Translations under genes and position numbers: made by a program | Shown: positions 55,594 through 64,000 of the stretch, in pieces | How positions within the stretch are numbered: the first letter of the stretch is position 1 | Layout: each line of letters opens with the position of its first letter | Source: Snodgrassella alvi | Lineage (GTDB): Bacteria > Pseudomonadota > Gammaproteobacteria > Burkholderiales > Neisseriaceae | Assembly (NCBI GenBank): GCA_002777825.1 | Contig: MEIR01000089.1 | Span: forward strand, 25,562 to 89,561 | Length of the DNA stretch: 64,000 nucleotides | Direction of reading: 5' to 3' | The notes under the pieces: model-generated | What the model was told of the DNA's origin: nothing | What the model saw: the letters and a program-made list of their open reading frames with translations, nothing else | Databases searched by the model: none

Positions 55594-58461
55594 TTATGCC
55601 GTAGACATCATTGATTGAATCAGGTGTTCAACTTCCTCAATATTGCGACAGCCAATCAACTGCCTTGGCTTCATAGCCAGCCCGAAAATCTGGTTAATCT
55701 GGCTGGTAACTTCTTTTACGTGTACAGGACGCAAACCCAGATTACTCAATGATTGCGAGGTTTGGATAATTGTTGCTGGCTTAATATTCAGCACTTTGCA
55801 GTAAATCAGCATTAATTGCTGGCGCTGCCAGTCTGCTGCTGCCACGGGCTGCTCATCAGGATTTGGTGCAGTGCCGGATGGTGTCTGTAGCAGCACTGAA
55901 TCAATATTTTCCAGTCCGCTATCAGCCACCTGCTGGCACACATTCACCAGTGCAGCTAAAAAATCGTGGATGATGGCATCGCTAACAGCAGCCTGAGCAT
56001 AGTCAACGTTAAACAGCAAAGCACCATCATTCCCAAGCATAAAGCGGATATCCATTGCTACCTGTGGTGTCTGAGTCAGCCCGCTCACATAGCGAACCGG
56101 GCTATCTGCCGGCAGAGTTGGCCACGATAGCCCATTGGTAACAACAACTGGTAAAACCGGCGCATGGCCATGCTGTTCAAACAGCAAGCGCGCCAAATCA
56201 ACACCAGAAAAGGCCAAATGCTGTAATCCTTCCAGCGTATCGGTTTGTAATTTTCTGGCCTGTTCGATAAATGCTGCCGTTGGCGCCCAAGTAGTGACAA
56301 TAAAAGTAGACTGATTGGACAATTCACCCTCATACAGCGGTAACACTGGCACCGCCACAGACAATAAGGCTGGTGTCTGCTGCCAGCGATTCAATACCGC
56401 CAGAATCAGCGCCATTAGTAAAGAATTTTTGAACAATCCCTGACGACAACCGAACTGACATAATGTTTGCAACGTTTGCTTGGGCAACATCGCACTTTGA
56501 CGGGTATAAACGGAGGTCATCAGTGTTGCCAACGGCTGTTTCCAAGGTAACTGCGGTATGGAAGTAACTTCTTGCAACCGCTGTTTCCAGTAAATAACCG
56601 CCAAGTTATAACGCTGGCTATCCTGCTGCTGTCTGTTTTCAGGCTGAGGTGACGCGGTCATAAGGGGCGTATCGGTGAATAATTCATACATCAGCGCGGC
56701 AATCGCACGCCCATCCAAAATCAGCGCATCAAAACGAGCAAACACAATAAACTGTTGCGGCGTTAACTGAAAAAGGGTGATGTCCCACGGAGATTCCTGT
56801 AAATCAAATAGCGCCTGCTGATAATTCTGCCGCAGAGTATTTATTTTTTCTGCGGCCACTGACGGTTCCTCACCACACAAATTAATTTCGGTTAAATTAA
56901 TGATTGCCTGCGGGTTTACCCATTGCACACAACGTCTGGCATCAATATAAGTCCTCAAACTGGCATGGTGCTGCACCATATCGGCCAGACGCTGCCGGAA
57001 TACAGGTAAATCCAGCGTGCCGGCATATTCGCGAAATTCCTGCATAGCCACACCACCAAGAGCAAATGCAGTGCTGCGCCCAGATAAATAGGCCTTTTGC
57101 AGCGCATTCAGCGGTGTAGTTACCACATCAGGGTCGGTGATATTCAGGTACTGATTCAATACCGCCAGCGGCTGCGTAAAACGCTCCGGCTGAACAATCA
57201 ACGCATTCATCAGCGCAAGACAACGTTCAAACAGAGCATTTACCCATGTATCCGGCAATGCATCCAGACGGATATCCCAATTAACGAGCAAATGATTGTC
57301 CAGCTGCACAAACTGTGCATCCAGTGCTACCTGCGACCCCTGAGAAATACACCAGTCCATGCTGCCAAAATACTGATGCACCTGTGACGAAAATAAACTT
57401 TTCTCTGCTAAATCCAGCGCAGCAGTAAAAACAACCGGCGCAATTTGCGCCATAGCATGATGGCGTGACAAACACCGCATCACATTTACGCCACTAAACT
57501 GCCGATGGTTCAGACAGCGCTGCCATTCGGCTGCCACGCGCTGGCAAAAAGCATTTAGAGTAGCCGCATCAGACATATCAATATTTAACAGCACCATATC
57601 GGCAAAATCACCAATGGTTTTATCAATATCGGGTACAACTGGTTCGCGCCAGAAAAACGGCACGTTCAGCCGGTAAGCGGCATCATGGGTTACTTTACCC
57701 AGACTGTAGGCAAATAACCCCAGTATCAGAGCAGAAAAAGTCAACTCATGCTGATGGGCAAGTTGGCGTAACTGCTTTGCCTGCTCAGGACTGAAAGTCG
57801 TACTCAGCCGTGTGCTTTGTGCCCCCGCCACAGCACAGTTGGTTAAAGGCAAAGCAGGAGCAGGAGCAATCGCTGCTATACGGGACTGCCACCACTGGCG
57901 TGCACGTTGCTGCTGTTGCTGCTCATGCTTATCCTGCCGTAGGGTGTTGCGCCATACATAAAAAGACGGTGCCGGCGGTAGAGACTTAGTGCTGTCTGCA
58001 TAAAACTGCGCCAAATCTTCCATCAAAATACGAAAGCTGGAAGGATCAACAGCAATCATATCGGCATCAATATGCAACCGAAATGCCTGATTATCCAGAA
58101 GACTGATAGAAACACGTATAGTCTGCCCCTCCTCCAACTTCAGTTGTTGATGCGTCCATTGCTGGCGTTTTTCTTCGAGCTTCTGTTGCTGCTGCGCCTC
58201 ACTCAAATGTAAAAAATCATCTATTTCCAGCGTATTCTGTGGCAGAGAATCCCTGATACTGACTTCCCCCGCAGCACTAAGTTGCAGGCGTAACAGCTCA
58301 TGGCGCCGGTACAGACATTCTATTGCCTGCCTGAGTCTGGCTACATCAATATGGCTACCATTAAATTCTGTATAAAGATGTGCGGCCACACCACCGAGCA
58401 TTGCTGCATGCGTACGCCCAAACCAGCATGCCGACTGCATTGAAGTAAGTTCACGCATCAT
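55594..58461 (-). CDS. NRPS tandem heterocyclization (Cy-Cy) protein (AngN/BasB-like)
   Basis: 955 aa; first Cy motif DADMIAVDPSS (DxxxxDxxS), second degenerate DALILDGRA. Confidence 0.7.
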   Translation of the reverse strand: MMRELTSMQSACWFGRTHAAMLGGVAAHLYTEFNGSHIDVARLRQAIECLYRRHELLRLQLSAAGEVSIRDSLPQNTLEIDDFLHLSEAQQQQKLEEKRQQWTHQQLKLEEGQTIRVSISLLDNQAFRLHIDADMIAVDPSSFRILMEDLAQFYADSTKSLPPAPSFYVWRNTLRQDKHEQQQQQRARQWWQSRIAAIAPAPALPLTNCAVAGAQSTRLSTTFSPEQAKQLRQLAHQHELTFSALILGLFAYSLGKVTHDAAYRLNVPFFWREPVVPDIDKTIGDFADMVLLNIDMSDAATLNAFCQRVAAEWQRCLNHRQFSGVNVMRCLSRHHAMAQIAPVVFTAALDLAEKSLFSSQVHQYFGSMDWCISQGSQVALDAQFVQLDNHLLVNWDIRLDALPDTWVNALFERCLALMNALIVQPERFTQPLAVLNQYLNITDPDVVTTPLNALQKAYLSGRSTAFALGGVAMQEFREYAGTLDLPVFRQRLADMVQHHASLRTYIDARRCVQWVNPQAIINLTEINLCGEEPSVAAEKINTLRQNYQQALFDLQESPWDITLFQLTPQQFIVFARFDALILDGRAIAALMYELFTDTPLMTASPQPENRQQQDSQRYNLAVIYWKQRLQEVTSIPQLPWKQPLATLMTSVYTRQSAMLPKQTLQTLCQFGCRQGLFKNSLLMALILAVLNRWQQTPALLSVAVPVLPLYEGELSNQSTFIVTTWAPTAAFIEQARKLQTDTLEGLQHLAFSGVDLARLLFEQHGHAPVLPVVVTNGLSWPTLPADSPVRYVSGLTQTPQVAMDIRFMLGNDGALLFNVDYAQAAVSDAIIHDFLAALVNVCQQVADSGLENIDSVLLQTPSGTAPNPDEQPVAAADWQRQQLMLIYCKVLNIKPATIIQTSQSLSNLGLRPVHVKEVTSQINQIFGLAMKPRQLIGCRNIEEVEHLIQSMMSTA

Positions 58462-58511
58462 TTCATTAATCTGTTGACAAATTTACTATTTTTGACGATT
58501 ATACCTTTAAA

Positions 58512-58530
58512 TGAAAATGATTACCAGTTT
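58512..58530. promoter_or_regulatory. Candidate Fur box in divergent promoter between Cy-Cy gene and entE-like gene
   Basis: GAAAATGATTACCAGTTTC matches 14/19 of Fur consensus. Confidence 0.3.
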
Positions 58531-58636
58531 CATTTAATAAATTTGAAACAACAGTTAACCTACTAATGGGTTCCACTGAACAGACAGACACAAAAACGAT
58601 GTTGCAAACTAATTATTACTTATAAATCAACATTAT

Positions 58637-59947
58637 TTGTCTGATTCAACCGGTTTAGCAGAAAAGGCTGATGAAATGATTACCTATACACACTGGCCAG
58701 AAGATTTAGCCCGCAAATACCGGCAAAAAGGTTATTGGCTGGATCAGCCGTTAACCCGAGTCCTGACAGACACAGCCAAACAGTCACCACACTCAACCGC
58801 CATTATCTGCGGTGACCGGCGCATCAGTTATCAGGAACTCAACCAGTTTTCCGACAATCTGGCCGCCAGACTGGCGGAGCAGAACTTTGGCATTGGTGAT
58901 ACAGCACTGGTGCAACTACCGAATATTGCCGAGTTTTATATTGTATTTTTCGCCCTGCTCAAGGCTGGTATCGTGCCGCTGAACGCCCTGTACAACCATC
59001 GCCAACATGAATTAAAGAGCTTCTTCAGCCAGATTAAACCCCGGTTGCTAATAGCATCGCGCAACCATGAAGTATTCATGCACAATCATTTTCTCGACCA
59101 GCTGGACAGCCTGCAACTGGCACCAGCCCTCACCCTGATGCTGCATGCCACAGACGGTGATAGAAACTTAAAAAACTGGTACACCTGCCCTCCCGCCACC
59201 AGCAGCAATTATGCCTGCACTCAGGCTGATGAAGTGGCTTTTTTCCAGCTTTCCGGCGGTAGCACCGGCACACCTAAGCTGATTCCGCGCACCCATAATG
59301 ATTATGAATACAGCGTGCGTGCCAGTGCCGAAATATGCGGCCTGAACCAGAATACACGTTTATTGTGTGCCATGCCGGCGCCGCATAACTATATGCTGAG
59401 TTCGCCCGGTGCACTGGGCGTATTTCATGCCGGCGGCTGTGTGGTCATGGCGGCCAGCCCCGAACCATCAAGCTGCTTTGCTCTGATTGAACAACACCAG
59501 CTTACCATGGCCTCACTTGTACCCAGTGCAGTATCCATGTGGATGCAGCAGCCACCGGAACAGTTAGAAAAAACCCGGTCGTTACAACTGATTCAGGTAG
59601 GCGGTGCCAGTTTTCCAGAATCCATGGCGCGGCAGGTATTAAACGTTTTCGGCTGCCAGTTACAGCAAGTATTCGGCATGGCTGAAGGACTGGTGAACTA
59701 TACACGGCTAGATGACAGCGAAGAAGTGATTGTCACCACACAAGGACGTCCCATCAGCCCAGATGATGAAGTAAAAATAGTGGATGAAAACGGCAACGAT
59801 GTACCTGATGGAGAAACAGGCATGCTAAAAACACGCGGGCCTTACATCTGCACCCCACCCCCGCCGTATGCGGTCCCCCCACCGCAACAGCAAGACAGTT
59901 TATCCTTACCCATGAAGGTTACAACCGCCACTACTACAGCGGCCTGA
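58637..59947 (+). pseudogene. entE: 2,3-dihydroxybenzoate-AMP ligase (EntE/AngE/BasE-like), 3'-truncated and fused to an isochorismate synthase 3' fragment
   Basis: first ~400 aa collinear with E. coli EntE through ...TRGPY; then Pro-rich nonsense encoded by C-tracts (CACCCCACCCCCGCC...GTCCCCCCACC) and stop; last ~125 codons of EntE absent. Confidence 0.75.
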
Positions 59948-60132
59948 ATGGTTGGATGGACGCCAGCGGTAATGGCGAATGGGTAGTTACCATCCGCAAT
60001 GGCCTGCTAAATCACAACAAAATCCGCCTGTATGCCGGTGCCGGCATCGTTAAAGGCTCCGAGGCAGCAACAGAATGGCAAGAAACCGAAGCCAAAATGC
60101 AAACCATGCTCAACGTCTTTCAGCAGCAATAA
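59842..60132 (+). pseudogene. 3' fragment (~75 codons) of an isochorismate synthase gene (EntC/AngC-like), frame +1 relative to entE
   Basis: translation ...GYNRHYYSGLNGWMDASGNGEWVVTIRNGLL...IRLYAGAGIVKGSEAATEWQETEAKMQTMLNVFQQQ* matches chorismate-binding enzyme C-terminus (EntC ...YAGAGIVPASSPLGEWRETGVKLSTMLNVF); no N-terminal 300+ codons present. Confidence 0.75.
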
Positions 60133-60154
60133 CCCCAACTTAGGAAAAACCAAA

Positions 60155-60922
60155 ATGCAATCTGCCATCATCGTTACCGGCGCAGCACAAGGCATCGGCG
60201 CCGCCGTAGTCAGCAAGCTACTTCAACAAAACTACCATATTATCGGCATCGACAAACAGCCAGCCCCGGCAAACTGGCCAGTACAACAAATGATAGCGCC
60301 CCAATATCAGCACCACTGGCTTGGCGTTAGTCAGAACATAACCGACTTCGAAGAAACCCAAATCCTGCTCAACACCCTTATCGCCCAACACCACATCACC
60401 GGTTTAGTCAACGTTGCCGGCATACTCATACTTACCCCCCTGCTCAATGCCACAGAAACACAATGGCAAAGCAGCCTAAACATAAACCTACTAGCACCCA
60501 TCTTCATCAGCCAGCATTTAGCTCGACATTTCCATCAGCAACAACACGGCAGCATCGTTACCGTCAGCTCCAACAGCGCCCGTATGCCCCGCACCCAGCT
60601 AGGCCTGTATGCCACCACCAAAGCCGCCCTCAGCCACTTCTGCCGCAATCTGGCATTAGAAGTAGCCCCATACGTACGCGTCAACATCGTTTCCCCCGGC
60701 TCCACCCACACCGCCATGCAGCAACAACTGTGGCCAGACAACCAGCCACCAGCCAGCATAATCAATGGCGACCTAAACCAGTACCGCCTCGGCATTCCCC
60801 TCAGAAAACTGGCACAGCCCGCAGATATAGCCAATACCGTTTCCTTCCTGCTCTCCGAACAGGCTGCCCAGATAACCATGCAGGAAATCGTCGTCGATGG
60901 CGGCGCCACACTGGGGGTTTAA
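60155..60922 (+). CDS. entA: 2,3-dihydro-2,3-dihydroxybenzoate dehydrogenase (SDR)
   Basis: TGAAQGIGAAV NAD motif, catalytic YxxxK (YATTKAAL), SPGST.T.M and C-terminal IVVDGGATLG closely paralleling E. coli EntA. Confidence 0.85.
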   Translation: MQSAIIVTGAAQGIGAAVVSKLLQQNYHIIGIDKQPAPANWPVQQMIAPQYQHHWLGVSQNITDFEETQILLNTLIAQHHITGLVNVAGILILTPLLNATETQWQSSLNINLLAPIFISQHLARHFHQQQHGSIVTVSSNSARMPRTQLGLYATTKAALSHFCRNLALEVAPYVRVNIVSPGSTHTAMQQQLWPDNQPPASIINGDLNQYRLGIPLRKLAQPADIANTVSFLLSEQAAQITMQEIVVDGGATLGV

Positions 60923-62029
60923 TCACGAATCTGAGCGCAGTATCCATAGTCCGATGCTTTTACCATCCCATCACTGCCTAACAAACCAACTAAACCTTCC
61001 TTCTAACCATTATTTAAATCAACAAGCTAATCACAAAAATTCTACTGTGCAGGCTAACTTGAGCTTATCTCAAGCCAAAATAAATAACCGCCGAATACAG
61101 ATATTGTTTAAGAAAATTATTTAAGCCAAAAAAAAATTTATCAAATTAATATACTATTCATTTGGAATATTAAACTAATAAACAACTTTCCGATATACAT
61201 TAGTAACTATCCAAACACGACATTTTAGCTTCAACTAATTTTATAGAATATATTTTTCAAACCAAATAAACTATTCAAAAAATCCCAAAATCTAAACACC
61301 TTATCAGGAACAAAAAATTCATTAACTATGCATTTCTAGACAATAGCCATAAAAGCAACCAATAAATACCTATGTCATCCTATGTCTCATTAGTACCATT
61401 CTAATATTATTTTAACTTCAGCCTACATAGCTACAGGTATAAATAAAAAAATTAATCACGTACCTTTAACTTCAATTAGCATCATGATTTGATTAAAAAA
61501 TATAAATTCATGGTTAGTCAAACCGATAAGTAACCCAACAAACACAATGATTATACTTTTTTGCATTCGGCCATTTTTTACTCTGTAGAATATTTTTTCA
61601 TTAGTTAATTCCCTTCCCTCTATTAATATTTATATTAATTATTTTTAAGCTTACTTAAACATATTAAAAATATAAATATATTTTCATTCGTTAAAATTTT
61701 AATTTTAATATTAAGAATTAGTTTAAAAATATACATTTACATCAAAAGGTTACAACAAAATGTTAATTATTTCTCTAATATGAAAATATTAATAATTAAT
61801 AATTAATATTTTATAAGATTTTATTTTTCAAGCGTAATCTTTAAAAGTAACTGCGTTTAATGATGTGTAAATGGTTTGAAAATATATACAGATAGTTTTA
61901 ATCCTTATTAAGTATCTGTTTATGTATCTGCCAGTTTGCTCAAACAACCAGCAGATGTAATGAACACACACAGTTATTTGTAAAAGAGGTTGAGTTTGTT
62001 AGTTATGTAACTTTAATCAGGAGAAACCA

Positions 62030-64000
62030 ATGAACAAGGTTTACCGTAATGTCTGGAATGAAAATACACAAACGTGGGTAGCTGCATCAGAATTAGCAAA
62101 CAGTAAAACTAAGTCGAATACTGTTTGTGAACTGCCACTTGTCAAACATGTATTAAATATATTTGGGCTGAAAAAAATTGTCAGCCTCACACTTACGACA
62201 CTAGCACTGCAATTGCAGACAGTTTCCCCAGTCTATGCTGCCAATCTGGCCATCACCGGTACTTCTAATATAAGTACCAATGGCACAGGCGTAAGCTATG
62301 CTTCCGGCAGCCACGGCAGTATTGCTCTGGCTGGTGATGATGACTTTTGTGGTGCAGACAAAGTTAACGGACGCAGAAATATCACAACAGGTGGTATCAA
62401 TGCCATGGAAGAATACCTGCGTTTTGCTGAGAATCGTTCGTTTAATGGCCGCAACCCATATGGCACCAGCAACGGTCAGCAAGTATGGACTGGAGACGGT
62501 ACTACTGGCGGAAATACCAGTGGTTCATCCGGCTACATGGGCACCCCAACTGGCGGAGATATAAACAAACTTCCCGTAGCTTATGGTGTGTATTCCTTTG
62601 CATCCGGTTGCGGCTCATATGCCACAGGTAACTATTCAACAGCCTTCGGTAATAATGCAACTGCCACCGCTGGCGGTGCTCAGGCTTTCGGCGTAGCAGC
62701 ACTGGCCTCCGGCGCAACTGCCGTTGCAATCGGAGTAGGTGCTCAGGCTACCAACACTGCAAGTTTAGCGCTTGGTTCCGTGGCTACTTCCGATGGTGCA
62801 GGGAGTGTGGCCGTTGGTTTCAATAGTGCCGCCCAGCAAGATAACACCACTGCTTTGGGAGCTAATGCCATTGCAACAGTAAAAAAAGCAGTGGCACTGG
62901 GTAGCGATTCTCTGGCTAATACCAGTGACGGTATTCAAGGCTATGACCCGGCAGGCACCAATACAGCTACAGAAAATCAGTCTGCAACATGGAAAAGTAC
63001 CGCCGCTGCAGTGTCCATTGGCAATGAAAATACCAAGATTACCCGCCAAATAACTGGTCTGGCCGCCGGTACAGCCGATACTGATGCCGTTAACGTGGCA
63101 CAATTAAAAAATCTGGCCAGCTCCACTTCAACCGGTTTATCCAATTTATCTACGGCGATAAACAGCAATCTTAATGGCTTAAATAACAATGTAGCCAACT
63201 TACAGAAAGATGCTCTGCAATGGAACGGCACTGCTTACGATGCCAGCCACGGTACCGCTAATGCACAGAGAATTACCAATGTAGCCGCTGGACAGATTGA
63301 CGAAAACTCCACCGATGCGGTTAATGCCGGACAGCTTTTCAGCATTTCAACATCTACTGCCGCCAGCCTCAGTACTTTGTCCTCTACATTGAATCAGGCT
63401 GGTGATTTAAGTAACGTCAATGCCAATATCAATACAATTAACAATAACATTAATGGCTTAAATAACAATGTAGCCAACTTGCAGAGAGACGCTCTGCAAT
63501 GGAACGGCACTGCTTACGATGCCAGCCATGGCACCGCTAATGCACAGAAAATTACCAATGTGGCCATTGGCGATACTGGTGAATACTCAACAGATGCCGT
63601 TAATGGCGGACAGTTATATTCCCTCTCCAGCTCTACCATTTCCAGTTTAAATAATCTGTCTACTACTTTCAGTGACAACCTCTCTACCGGCCTGAGCACT
63701 GCCAATTCGCGTATTGATATTGTGTCCCAGTCTACAGCTACCCTGGCCGGTAATCTCTCTACTGCCATTAACAGCATCAGCACCCTGCAAAAAGACGCAT
63801 TGCAATGGAATGGTACCGCTTACGATGCCAGCCACGGCACTGCCAACCCACAGAAAATTACTAATGTAGCTGCTGGGCAGATCGGCGAAAACTCCACCGA
63901 TGCGGTTAATGCCGGACAGCTTTTCAGTCTTTCCAGCTCTACTTCGACTCGCTTGGATTCACTGTCTACTACTTTACACAATGCCGGCGACCTAAGTAAT
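62030..64000 (+). CDS. Trimeric autotransporter adhesin (YadA/Hia-like), 5'-partial within window (continues past 64000)
   Basis: Not in ORF track (no stop in window). N-terminal ESPR MNKVYRNVWNENTQTWVAASELA; Gly/Ala-rich head repeats; three ~150-bp stalk repeats (ALQWNGTAYDASHGTANAQKITNVAAGQI..STDAVNAGQLFS). Confidence 0.85.
   Translation, partial: MNKVYRNVWNENTQTWVAASELANSKTKSNTVCELPLVKHVLNIFGLKKIVSLTLTTLALQLQTVSPVYAANLAITGTSNISTNGTGVSYASGSHGSIALAGDDDFCGADKVNGRRNITTGGINAMEEYLRFAENRSFNGRNPYGTSNGQQVWTGDGTTGGNTSGSSGYMGTPTGGDINKLPVAYGVYSFASGCGSYATGNYSTAFGNNATATAGGAQAFGVAALASGATAVAIGVGAQATNTASLALGSVATSDGAGSVAVGFNSAAQQDNTTALGANAIATVKKAVALGSDSLANTSDGIQGYDPAGTNTATENQSATWKSTAAAVSIGNENTKITRQITGLAAGTADTDAVNVAQLKNLASSTSTGLSNLSTAINSNLNGLNNNVANLQKDALQWNGTAYDASHGTANAQRITNVAAGQIDENSTDAVNAGQLFSISTSTAASLSTLSSTLNQAGDLSNVNANINTINNNINGLNNNVANLQRDALQWNGTAYDASHGTANAQKITNVAIGDTGEYSTDAVNGGQLYSLSSSTISSLNNLSTTFSDNLSTGLSTANSRIDIVSQSTATLAGNLSTAINSISTLQKDALQWNGTAYDASHGTANPQKITNVAAGQIGENSTDAVNAGQLFSLSSSTSTRLDSLSTTLHNAGDLSN

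Noticed and set aside
60032-60154. N-terminal extension of the entA ORF (MPVPASLKAPRQQQNGKKPKPK...)
   Set aside because: This part overlaps the isochorismate-synthase 3' fragment in another frame. The real EntA start is the ATG at 60155 (MQSAIIVTGAAQGIG), preceded by a GGAAAAACC SD-like region.

Overview
Chromosomal window from a moderately AT-rich Gram-negative proteobacterium, spanning the replication-origin neighbourhood with several accessory insertions. The core backbone genes are rpmH-rnpA-yidD-yidC on the minus strand, then dnaA-dnaN-gyrB on the plus strand. Other housekeeping genes include cysS, rpmE, galU, ligA, zipA, ampD and tRNA-Phe. Four accessory features stand out. (1) A ~9 kb island inserted exactly at the 3' end of gyrB. 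It is bounded by a diverged ~145 bp direct repeat of the gyrB 3' end plus terminator. It carries a complete Type I R-M system (hsdM, small ORF, hsdS, a PrrC-like P-loop ATPase, hsdR). The hsdS gene contains a 4x 12-bp TAEL-coding tandem repeat. (2) An RtcR (CARF-sigma54 activator) locus with an unusual target operon. It has a candidate sigma54 promoter, a tRNA-like element (Trp-anticodon mimic lacking U8, U33 and CCA) in the leader, an unusual SPFH/stomatin-domain protein with a triplicated N-terminal module, and rtcB. There is no rtcA and no rsr. (3) Downstream of tRNA-Phe lies an AT-rich islet, followed by an anguibactin/acinetobactin-like catechol-hydroxamate siderophore locus. It encodes an A-domain protein, a PCP-C protein, a Cy-Cy protein, an N-hydroxylating monooxygenase, FecBCDE-type ABC uptake genes, a TonB-dependent receptor and entA. 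Its entE is truncated and fused to the last ~75 codons of an isochorismate synthase across C-homopolymer tracts, so the DHB arm appears decayed. (4) A partial trimeric autotransporter adhesin with ESPR signal and long internal repeats at the window end. IS1-like remnants and a repeated hairpin lie in a gene-poor AT-rich stretch downstream of yidC.
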